A DNA stretch of 58,597 nt from Dehalococcoidia bacterium (GTDB lineage Bacteria > Chloroflexota > Dehalococcoidia > SHYD01). The notes beneath the pieces are model-generated. The model was not told the origin of the DNA. It did no database searches and saw nothing but the letters and a program-made list of their open reading frames with translations. This document shows, piece by piece, positions 34,766 to 42,836 of this stretch; position 1 is the first letter of the stretch; every line of letters starts with the position of its first letter. The position numbers and the translations under genes are program-made. Where the stretch lies: contig SHYD01000001.1 in NCBI GenBank assembly GCA_009692945.1, positions 77,898 through 136,494 on the forward strand, given 5' to 3'.

Positions 34766-35739
34766 CGCTGTCCCGCCTGCGACCGGACCGCCTGAGCGAT
34801 GGCCCCGGCCCACCTTGCGGCGGCCTGCTCATCGGATAGTCCGGCGAGGTCCATGCTCAGGGCTACCCGAACCTCGGCGAGTTCCGAGAATCCGGCCCCG
34901 GGGGTCTCGACCGCCAGCAACTCTTCGCTGCGGGCCAGTGCCCTGATCGATATATGGTCGAGCCGGGCCCGCTCCAGCGGCGTCAGCGGGCCGCCGCCCG
35001 CGGCCGCGTAATTGCGCACAAAATGGTCCACCATGAGATGGGGCGCGGCCGGGCCGGCGCCCCGCGCCAGCACCAATGCTTCGACGGTCCGGGCCTCGCG
35101 CTCCTGATCTTCCGAGTCCGCCCGCCCCGAGTCCTCGGGCGTCGCCTCCCGAGCGGCCTGGGCGACATGGGTCAACTCATGAGCGACAAGCGCCTGCCCG
35201 CGTGGGCTGAAGGGATCGAAACGGCCTTCGGCGAAAAAGACCTCTCTCCCGATAGTGAACGCTTCCGCTCCTCGTGCCTGGGCTGCTGAATCCGCCGCAG
35301 GCCCGGTGTGAAGCCGCACGTCCTCCAGGTTGCGCCCGGGTCCGTCCAGCACTGCGCCGGCCGCGTCCGGGAGTGCAAACCCGCCGCGGCCCATCAGTCC
35401 GGACAACTCAGTCCGGACAGCCTCGCCCTGTCCTGGGCGGTGCGGCGGGGGTGGGGCGCCCCTCCGCACCGGTTTGATAAAGGCCAAGACTTGCCCTCGG
35501 TCATCCGGCGGCAGCTTGAATGGGGCCGGCGCCGGTTCGGCCTCCTCAAGCACTCCTGGGATGCGTTGACGCAGGTCCCGCAACAAAGCCGCCGTAGTTC
35601 CGCCGCTGGAGGATTGCAGTCCGCTTGGAGGGGAGATGGCACCGGCCACTGGAACAATCAAAGAACGCGAGAGGCTGGCGAGAAACTCGTCTCCTCCGGC
35701 CGCGTCGCCCACCCCTGGCCCGCCCGCTGGTTCGCTCAT
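34762..35739 (-). CDS. DUF4157 (eCIS core domain) protein
   Basis: DVRLHTG..A..AEAFTIG.EVFF..G.FDP....GQALVAHELTHVAQ with HExxH, EREA. Confidence 0.88.
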   Translation of the reverse strand: MSEPAGGPGVGDAAGGDEFLASLSRSLIVPVAGAISPPSGLQSSSGGTTAALLRDLRQRIPGVLEEAEPAPAPFKLPPDDRGQVLAFIKPVRRGAPPPPHRPGQGEAVRTELSGLMGRGGFALPDAAGAVLDGPGRNLEDVRLHTGPAADSAAQARGAEAFTIGREVFFAEGRFDPFSPRGQALVAHELTHVAQAAREATPEDSGRADSEDQEREARTVEALVLARGAGPAAPHLMVDHFVRNYAAAGGGPLTPLERARLDHISIRALARSEELLAVETPGAGFSELAEVRVALSMDLAGLSDEQAAARWAGAIAQAVRSQAGQR

Positions 35740-35749
35740 CGTGGGGTTT

Positions 35750-36034
35750 TCACTCCCGTTCCAAGGCAATGGTCAGCTCGTCGCGCATGAGCCGGTATAC
35801 CCGGTCTGTGAGGGCGCGCAGGACGGCGGCTTCGTCGGAGGCCGGACGGGGTGACGGAGATTGGCCTGAAGTGCCACCGGATACGGGTTCGGACGGTTCG
35901 GGCGGCGCCACGTGGGCGAGGGATTCTGGCGCGGGGACGGCGAGTGCCGCTGGTGAAATGAGTTCGAGGGTGGGTGCCGCGTTTCCGCGTTCGACGGAAA
36001 CATAGCTTACCAAGGTGCCAATGCGGACCGGCAT
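35750..36034 (-). CDS. Small eCIS protein with conserved C-terminal helix
   Basis: MPVRIGTL start 1 nt after the upstream stop; C-terminal LRALTDRVYRLMRDELTIALERE. Confidence 0.75.
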   Translation of the reverse strand: MPVRIGTLVSYVSVERGNAAPTLELISPAALAVPAPESLAHVAPPEPSEPVSGGTSGQSPSPRPASDEAAVLRALTDRVYRLMRDELTIALERE

Positions 36035-36035
36035 G

Positions 36036-36203
36036 CTAGCGCCCGCTGCTGATCTGGCGGTTGATGCTGCCGATCTCCTCGACCCAGCGCCTCCGGTCTC
36101 CGTGCTCCATCATCAGGATGTCCTCTGACGGCCAGTGGAAGTGGTATGCGATGTAGGCTACCTCCTGGTAGAGGCGTTCCAAAGGGTAGCCTACGATCCC
36201 CCC
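36036..36203 (-). CDS. DUF6760-like ORF, probable -1 frameshift extension of the tail assembly chaperone (not in ORF track)
   Basis: Hand translation GGIVGYPLERLYQEVAYIAYHFHWPSEDILMMEHGDRRRWVEEIGSINRQISSGR*; no ATG/GTG before the conserved core. Confidence 0.82.
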   Translation of the reverse strand, partial: GGIVGYPLERLYQEVAYIAYHFHWPSEDILMMEHGDRRRWVEEIGSINRQISSGR

Positions 36204-36571
36204 ATGGCGGCCACCGTATCAACCTCGAACTTGTGGCTGCACTCCGGACAAGTGGCCGTGATGGCGGTGCTGGCGTTTTCGTTGATGCGCCGGTAAAACG
36301 TCTGCAGGTAGGAGAGGTCGGTGGAGAAGATGTCCTCGATGACCGAAGGGTTCACGTCCGAAACAGAGCCCAGTTTCGTGATCACCCGTGATAGCAGGAT
36401 GATGGTGAGGTACGCTTGGTTTTGGCGCACCCTTGGGTCCCGCAGCGGCGCGATCTCGTCCATAGCAGTAGCGAGGCGCATAACGCCTCGCTTGTGCAGA
36501 TTGCCCTCACGGTCGACAAAACCCCGCGGGAGCACGAATTCAAAGTCGGTCTGGAGCTTCTCCATCAGCAC
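36191..36571 (-). CDS. Tail assembly chaperone-like eCIS protein
   Basis: FEFVLPRGFVD, GVMRLATAMDE, LLSRVITKLG, DLSYLQTFYRRIN, CPEC; directly follows the tube gene. Confidence 0.82.
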   Translation of the reverse strand: MLMEKLQTDFEFVLPRGFVDREGNLHKRGVMRLATAMDEIAPLRDPRVRQNQAYLTIILLSRVITKLGSVSDVNPSVIEDIFSTDLSYLQTFYRRINENASTAITATCPECSHKFEVDTVAAMGGS

Positions 36572-36612
36572 GGTCCTGTGGGTCCAACGCTACCGTCACG
36601 GCTGGCCCGATC

Positions 36613-37062
36613 TTATCCGGTCGCTCGCTCCAAGCCCTCGTGGACGATCTCGATCTCCTCGATGATCACCTCGTTGCCCTGGGCGTTCACGCCGGACGCG
36701 GTCCATTTGCTCGGCCATCCCCGCACAAAGTTGTAACGGATCACCTCGGCCCCGTCCTCGTTGTAGGCGACGACCGACCCGTTGATACGGGCATCCTCGA
36801 TCTTCCCTTGGATAACCTTCTGCCGCCAGGCCCACAGGTCGGTGTTGTCGGTGATGCCGCGTTTCAGGTTGATGTTCTGCCATTTCAACAGACCGGGCAT
36901 CTTGTGGATCATGGTGACCCCTTTGGGCCCCGCCTGCTTGTATTCAATGACATCGTTTTCGGAACCGAATCCGGAAGCCTCGCGGAAAAACGCCTCGGTT
37001 ACGCCCTTGACTTCAAGGGCGAACGCAAATCCCTGAATTGGATCCATTGGCCGGTCAGCCAT
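36613..37062 (-). CDS. Major tail tube protein (T4 gp19-like, Afp1)
   Basis: KMPGLLKWQNINLKRGIT, GWPSKW, IEEIEIVHEGLER. Confidence 0.93.
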   Translation of the reverse strand: MADRPMDPIQGFAFALEVKGVTEAFFREASGFGSENDVIEYKQAGPKGVTMIHKMPGLLKWQNINLKRGITDNTDLWAWRQKVIQGKIEDARINGSVVAYNEDGAEVIRYNFVRGWPSKWTASGVNAQGNEVIIEEIEIVHEGLERATG

Positions 37063-37105
37063 GCCTGTTCACCTCCATGTGTCGATTTCGAACCAAGCTG
37101 CTCCG

Positions 37106-38635
37106 CTATCCGCCGGTCGCCAGTTGCTGCACTCGGAACACCACGAATTCAGCCGGTTTCACCGGGCACATCCCGATCTCGCACACCACCATGCCCGCGT
37201 CGATCTGGTCCGGCGGATTGGTCTCGGCGTCACACTTCACGTAGAACGCCTGGTCCTGAGTTGCGCCGAATAATGCGCCGTTGCGGTACGGCCCCATGAG
37301 GAACTGGGTGATGTCCCGCTTGAGCCGCTGCCACAGGCCGAAGTCGTTCGGTTCGAACACGGCCCAATTGGTGCCACCCTTGATGGAGGCCTCCACGTAG
37401 TTGAAGAAGCGGCGGACGTTGATGTACTTCCAAGAGGCGTCGGTGATGGCGAGGGTGCGGGCGCCCCACACCCGGATACCCATTGCGCCGAAGGCGCGGA
37501 TGCAGTTGACCCCGATGGGGTTAAGCGTCCCCTGCTCGCCGGCGGTGATGTCTTGCGTCAACTCGACGGCACCCCGCACCACCTCGTTGGCCGGCGCCTT
37601 GTGGACGCCTCGCTCGGTGTCGGTGCGGGCCCAGATGCCGGCCATGTGGCCGCTCGGCGGCACCGACATCAACTTGCCATCGGGCCCCAGCACCCGAATC
37701 CAGGGGTAGTAGAGGGTGGCAAAGGGCGAGTCCACCATCAGTTTCTGTTCCCGCCACTCCTTGACCTCCTGGGGGTCGAGGCCGAGGGGCGAGTCGATGA
37801 TGCACACCCGGTTCCGCATCAGTTCGCAGTGGTCGACCATCGCCTTCTGGAGGGCGATGAGCGCCTCTTCTTCGATGAGGCCGCGCTGGTAGGCGCTCAT
37901 CAAGTCCGGAGCGCAGACGATGGTCACGTTCTCCACCGCCTCTAGTCCCGCGATCCCGGAGCGGCTTCTCAGGTCGCCCTGGACCTGGGTGGTGTCCAAG
38001 CGCAAATCGCCAGCGGCCGGCGCCGCAAGGGCATAGGACCCTTCGGTCGGGGCCGGGAGCAGGGGCGCTTTGCCCATCGGGATATCGAGCCAGACGTAGG
38101 TCGATGTCCCGTTGACCACGGTCTCGACGAAGCGGGGGCTCTCCCGGTTCATGGTCACGTTGGCGAAGGACTCCACCGCCTTGCCGCCTGCCTTCACCGA
38201 CACGGTGAACATCGGGGCTGCGGGGTCGGCCGGCAGGTTGTCATCCCCACCCTTGGCGGGTCCGATATCCACCGAGACGCTGGCGGCCGCTAGGCCGTCT
38301 TTGATGGCGTAGGCTTCCAGGGCGGGTTTGTCGCCCTCAGCCGCGGGGACCTGTACCCGGGGCGCAAGGGGCGAGGCCACATTGACGATGTAACAGACGC
38401 CGCCGCCGTTGTTGAAATACCCGTACACCGCGTGCCCGAGGTAGTACTCCTTGCGGATCCCACCGAACTTCTGCTGGAACTGGGACCAATTGGTCACCAG
38501 CACCGGTTTGTTGCGAGGGCCCATTTCGGCGAACCCGATGAACGCCGCTACCGACGTCCCCACCCCTTCGATAGGCCTGCCGGCCGAAGGCAGCTCCTCA
38601 ACGTAGACTCCAGGCGTTAGATACGAAGGCGCCAT
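37106..38635 (-). CDS. Contractile tail sheath protein
   Basis: YLTPGVYVEE, YYPWI, PPSGHMAGIWARTD.ERGVHKAPANE, RVWGARTL, VFEPND, PVKPAEFVVFR; ATG 38635 with AAGGAG RBS. Confidence 0.96.
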   Translation of the reverse strand: MAPSYLTPGVYVEELPSAGRPIEGVGTSVAAFIGFAEMGPRNKPVLVTNWSQFQQKFGGIRKEYYLGHAVYGYFNNGGGVCYIVNVASPLAPRVQVPAAEGDKPALEAYAIKDGLAAASVSVDIGPAKGGDDNLPADPAAPMFTVSVKAGGKAVESFANVTMNRESPRFVETVVNGTSTYVWLDIPMGKAPLLPAPTEGSYALAAPAAGDLRLDTTQVQGDLRSRSGIAGLEAVENVTIVCAPDLMSAYQRGLIEEEALIALQKAMVDHCELMRNRVCIIDSPLGLDPQEVKEWREQKLMVDSPFATLYYPWIRVLGPDGKLMSVPPSGHMAGIWARTDTERGVHKAPANEVVRGAVELTQDITAGEQGTLNPIGVNCIRAFGAMGIRVWGARTLAITDASWKYINVRRFFNYVEASIKGGTNWAVFEPNDFGLWQRLKRDITQFLMGPYRNGALFGATQDQAFYVKCDAETNPPDQIDAGMVVCEIGMCPVKPAEFVVFRVQQLATGG

Positions 38636-38731
38636 GTGGTGCAACTCCTTCTGAAGACTTGACCGCCGAAGATGACGCGATCACGCGTCCAGCCGCGGGG
38701 CGACCGGCCCCACCATGCCTCAACCGGGTAG

Positions 38732-38775
38732 AGCGTAACAGAGCCAAGGTTAACCCCCGGTTATGTGCCGGTTAA
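38732..38775 (-). promoter_or_regulatory. Sheath-operon promoter: three TAACC repeats at 11-bp period plus extended -10
   Basis: GGTTA on + strand at 38748, 38759, 38770; minus-strand TGtTACGCT at 38740-38732. Confidence 0.7.
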
Positions 38776-38793
38776 ATTGGTCGGCGGCTGCTC

Positions 38794-39624
38794 TCACAAC
38801 TCGAGGATGACGTCCTCCCCCGGTATCGTCACGCTCACCTTGGCCTCCGTCCGGTCCTGCGCCCGCAACACGAGAACCGCGCTGCCCCGCCTGGGCGCGG
38901 GCAATCGGAACCAACCCTGCTCGTCGGTGGTGGTGCGGGCGCCGGTCTCCTCCACCATCACCACCACGCCCGGCAGTCCTTCAACGACGTTGTCCCGGTT
39001 CCGCACCCAGCCCCTCACGTCGAATCCGGAGCGGGCATCATCCGGCGTGATCTGCCGAATGCCTATCTGCGGCGCCCTGAGCACCAGCGGCGCCTGGTAT
39101 GCCACCTCAGGATCCAACACGAGGGTCACCACGTAGGTGAGACCGGGACGGACCCGGTTCTCAAGCCCCTGCCAGAGGTCGGCGAAATTGGACGGCATCT
39201 GATCCGGCTGCGCCACCGAGGTGGTTACCGGTCCCGGTTGGTCAACCAGTCCACCCCTCAGCAGGTCACGCGGCAACGGGTTGCTCTTCACCAGCGCCGC
39301 CAGCACTCTCCAGAGCAGCCGGTGCTCATCCTCCGGCGCTCGGGCCCAGGTGGTCACTTGGTAGGTGGCGTCGATGCGCAGGGGGGCACGCTGCCTGCTA
39401 CCCAGGTTGTTTTCTCCGCTCCTCTTGACTTCCCACCCCACCGTCCGCATTTTGAGGTTCTCCCGGAGGTCGAACAGGAAACAATTGACGGCGGGCCGGG
39501 TGAGCCGGCCGGACCAATCCCGGTCAGGAGTATCGAAGGCCAGCTCGACTTCGGTGGGGTCGAGCGGAACGGTGCGCACCAGCAACTCGCGGATGGTGTC
39601 GTCCAGGTCAGCCAGCACGGTCAT
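38794..39624 (-). CDS. DUF4255 (Pvc16/Afp16 cap) protein with C-terminal carboxypeptidase-regulatory-like domain
   Basis: LAFDTPDRDW, VNCFLFDLREN, YQVTTW...EDEHRLL, RPGLTYVVT; C-terminal TTTDEQGWF. Confidence 0.88.
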   Translation of the reverse strand: MTVLADLDDTIRELLVRTVPLDPTEVELAFDTPDRDWSGRLTRPAVNCFLFDLRENLKMRTVGWEVKRSGENNLGSRQRAPLRIDATYQVTTWARAPEDEHRLLWRVLAALVKSNPLPRDLLRGGLVDQPGPVTTSVAQPDQMPSNFADLWQGLENRVRPGLTYVVTLVLDPEVAYQAPLVLRAPQIGIRQITPDDARSGFDVRGWVRNRDNVVEGLPGVVVMVEETGARTTTDEQGWFRLPAPRRGSAVLVLRAQDRTEAKVSVTIPGEDVILEL

Positions 39625-41756
39625 GACTCCAACAGAAGCGAATAGTACGGCTCAAAATCGTTCTGTGCCACCAGTTTCCCCAACTTTTGATATTCCCGGC
39701 GAGTACCTCGGATGAGGTGCCGCATCGCGATCCGGTCGCCTTCCTCCGCGGCCAGGAAGGCCCCGGTCAGGCAGATATTGCGGATGTGGCCGCCTGCCAG
39801 CCGGAACTTCCGCGCCAGGAAGGGCAGGTCCACATCCCCGTCCAGCGGCGCCTCGTTGGGCAGCGAGCCGCGCCAGATGCGGAGCCGCTCCGCTTCCTCA
39901 GGCATCGGGAACTCGATCACAAAGTCCAAGCGACGCAGGAAAGCATCGTCAAGATTGCCCCGTAGGTTCGTGGTCAGCACCGCCACCCCGTTGTAGCCCT
40001 CCAGCCGCTGGAGCAGATAAGCCGTCTCCACGTTGGCGTAACGGTCGTGGGCATCCCGCACCTCGGATCGCTTTCCGAACAGGGCGTCGGCCTCATCGAA
40101 CAGCAGGACGGCGTCGCCCTTCTCGGCAGCGCCGAATATGGCGTCCAGGTTCTTCTCCGTCTCACCAATATATTTGCTGACGATGGACGCCAGATCGATG
40201 CGGAACAGTTCGAGGCCGAGCACGCCCGCGATGATCTCCGCCGCCATCGTCTTGCCGGTGCCGGGTTGCCCAACGAACAGGGCGGTCAAACCGCTGCGCC
40301 CGGCCACGGCCCGGCCGAATCCCCAGGTCTCCAGCACCCGCAGTTGGTGGCGGGCCCTGGCCGCGATCTCGCGCAACTGCGCCAAGGCATCGCCCGGCAG
40401 GACGATATCGTCCCAGCCGTGACGCGGCTCCACGCGCCGGGCCAGTCCGTTCATGGGCGGGGCGCTGATGGCGCGGGCCGCCGCTCGCAGTTCAGACATC
40501 CCGGCCTGGTCCTCACCGGCAAATTGAGCACGGAGGCCGCCGGCCGCGGCGACTGATTCGATGCTTTCCTGGTCCAGATTGTACCGGTTAGCGAGTTCCA
40601 CCACTCCATCGGACCCTATCGGACCGCTCAACACCGATTGCCACATCCTCAACCGTTGTTCCAACGCCAACGGCGCCAGTTCCAATCGGATGGAAGGGAC
40701 CGAGGCGATCCAGGTGCTGGGCTCCCAACGCGCCTCACCCAGCAGCAGCGTCGGGCGAATTCTGCGGACCAGGTCACGATGCAGTTGCGACATCAATTGC
40801 GCATGGCCGGCCTTGTCCGGGGTGAACAGCACGTCGAACTCGTCGAATGCTAAGACCGCATCCTGCAGGGTAGCCTCCTGCACCAGCAGATGAACGTTTC
40901 TGGCGAGATTGCCCGCGGCCAGGAGATCCGAGACGCGGGCGACCAGGAGCGAGACCCCGGCCTGAAGGCAGGCCGCGCGCGCGGCGGCCAGGCGGGCAGG
41001 CCCGGTTTGGCCATGGAGGTACACCACGGGAGAAGCCGAGCCGGTCTGTTGAGCCCCAACCAGGTGAACCAGCCCCTCGACCAACGCCTGGTTGAGGCCG
41101 AGGGCTGGCGGTGGTGGTTCTGGTTCTGTCCGGTAGAACGAGGCGAAACCAGTGAGCCTCCCATCGATCCGGTCGGAACCGAGCAGGAATTCGGACACCC
41201 GATCATCCAGTTTCAACGGCCGGCTCAGGAAGGGTAGCCGTTCCGCCGATTCTTCGGCCAGCGTCACGATACCCGAGGCCAGCAGCGAACCCTGGAGCCC
41301 TAACCGCACCCTTGCTTCGACCCGGTCGGCCAACCCCGGGGCCAGCAATTGCAGCACCAGGTTTGCGGTGGGACGGCGGCGGGACACATCGTCCTGGAGA
41401 TAGCCATACAGCCGCTCATAACGAATGTCCAGTTCCGGCGCCAGGATAATGAGCACCGCTTCCTGCTCGAAAGCATCCAGACCCCACTGCGCCGCCAAGT
41501 GCTGGAGGCGTTCCGGTATGACCGCTGGGGCCAACTCCAACAGCTTCCGTGCTTCCCAGGGCTGCGGAGTTTCGGCAAGCAGCGCGTCAATCTCGCCGTC
41601 TGAGATGTACAGTCCGCGCAGGGGGTCCGCCGCCCGTGCCGCTATCTCGTCCCGCAGCCCTTCGACCGCGATCCGAAGGCGGAGGTCGAGCCGCAGGAGG
41701 GCTCGCCGCAGCATATCAAAAGACGCTGTTGCCAACGGGGCGCCGGCGGTTTCCAT
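39621..41756 (-). CDS. AAA+ ATPase (Afp15-like)
   Basis: YGYLQDDVSRRRPT, GQPGTGKT, SKYIGETEKNL, LLFDEADALFGKRSEVRDAHDRYAN. Confidence 0.94.
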   Translation of the reverse strand: METAGAPLATASFDMLRRALLRLDLRLRIAVEGLRDEIAARAADPLRGLYISDGEIDALLAETPQPWEARKLLELAPAVIPERLQHLAAQWGLDAFEQEAVLIILAPELDIRYERLYGYLQDDVSRRRPTANLVLQLLAPGLADRVEARVRLGLQGSLLASGIVTLAEESAERLPFLSRPLKLDDRVSEFLLGSDRIDGRLTGFASFYRTEPEPPPPALGLNQALVEGLVHLVGAQQTGSASPVVYLHGQTGPARLAAARAACLQAGVSLLVARVSDLLAAGNLARNVHLLVQEATLQDAVLAFDEFDVLFTPDKAGHAQLMSQLHRDLVRRIRPTLLLGEARWEPSTWIASVPSIRLELAPLALEQRLRMWQSVLSGPIGSDGVVELANRYNLDQESIESVAAAGGLRAQFAGEDQAGMSELRAAARAISAPPMNGLARRVEPRHGWDDIVLPGDALAQLREIAARARHQLRVLETWGFGRAVAGRSGLTALFVGQPGTGKTMAAEIIAGVLGLELFRIDLASIVSKYIGETEKNLDAIFGAAEKGDAVLLFDEADALFGKRSEVRDAHDRYANVETAYLLQRLEGYNGVAVLTTNLRGNLDDAFLRRLDFVIEFPMPEEAERLRIWRGSLPNEAPLDGDVDLPFLARKFRLAGGHIRNICLTGAFLAAEEGDRIAMRHLIRGTRREYQKLGKLVAQNDFEPYYSLLLES

Positions 41757-41831
41757 CTTAAGGTCTGCTTAAGCGGGCCCGGAGACGGCGGCCCGGACCT
41801 GGGAGAAATCCCCAAAAAAAGCGCCGGGTGG

Positions 41832-42815
41832 TCATTCGGCTTCTTCGACGGTGTCCATCGCTTCCATCGCTTCGACCGCTTCGACCGGACCCGTCCCGCC
41901 GAGCACCGCCTGGATGCCGGGCAGGTAGGTGTCGAATTGCGTCGCGTTGTGGGTCACGAGTTGCTTGAGCATCGGCGGACTCAATTTTTCGCCCGCCGTA
42001 TCCAGGCTGGTGCGGTAACGAACCTCACCGTCTTCGCAGTCCATCTCGAAATTGCCGATTCGCAGACCATAGTTGGCGCGGGTGAGGAACTCGGCCATCG
42101 GCGGGCGCCGTGCGGCCGGCACCTCACCGGTGAGATACGAGAACACCATGCATTGATTGAGCCCCTCCTCCGCCATGATGACCGCAAGCCACTCCCCATT
42201 GTCACCCTTCAGCGGTACACGCACCGCGCTGCCGGCTTCTACCACCTCGTATGGCCACCCGCTGTCCTTGGCAAACGTGACAATCACGTCGAACATCTCA
42301 CCTGCTCCGTTCTCATCCCTCGCCAGGCCCGCATCGTGCGGCGCGGGGTTGGCCCAGATAGTGCTGTAGCCCTGCTTGACGGCGCCTCCCGCCAACTCTG
42401 GGGGAAGCGGCACCTCTTGGACCACCTGGAGCGCGATCCAACTCTCCGACTTCAAGAGGACGTGGGGTCGTTTGCTGGCGGCCAGGCCCTGCAGCCACGA
42501 CTGCACTTCCTCGGGTGTGGAATCGTGCCCGGTCAAGAGGTGTTGTGCGTCCGCTGCCAACCGCGCTTCCACTTCTATGAGACGGGCTGGGTTGAAGGCG
42601 ATGTTCCCCCCGTTGCGCCTGACCTCGGGGGCCAGCCGGAACAAGCCCTCAGCATCGATGCGCCTGTAGGCAGCATCGTCCACCGTGAAAACCGCACGGC
42701 ACTCGCTCAGGCGGTCCCCGGATCGTCGCAGCTTGACCCTGGACACCCCCACCGGAAGCCCCATACCAGAGGGCGTCTGCAATTCGATATTCAACGGCGC
42801 GTTGCGGCCCTGCAT
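41832..42815 (-). CDS. YbjN domain-containing protein
   Basis: C-terminal MAEFLTRANYGLRIGNFEMD.EDGEVRYRTS is YbjN-like. Confidence 0.75.
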   Translation of the reverse strand: MQGRNAPLNIELQTPSGMGLPVGVSRVKLRRSGDRLSECRAVFTVDDAAYRRIDAEGLFRLAPEVRRNGGNIAFNPARLIEVEARLAADAQHLLTGHDSTPEEVQSWLQGLAASKRPHVLLKSESWIALQVVQEVPLPPELAGGAVKQGYSTIWANPAPHDAGLARDENGAGEMFDVIVTFAKDSGWPYEVVEAGSAVRVPLKGDNGEWLAVIMAEEGLNQCMVFSYLTGEVPAARRPPMAEFLTRANYGLRIGNFEMDCEDGEVRYRTSLDTAGEKLSPPMLKQLVTHNATQFDTYLPGIQAVLGGTGPVEAVEAMEAMDTVEEAE

Positions 42816-42836
42816 GTCAGACTCCGGCAGGACCGG

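Noticed and set aside
25963-41756. Prophage or type VI secretion system
   Set aside because: No capsid, portal, terminase, integrase or lysis genes, and no TssJLM or TssBC; DUF4255, the Afp15-like ATPase, gp19 tubes and DUF4157 indicate eCIS
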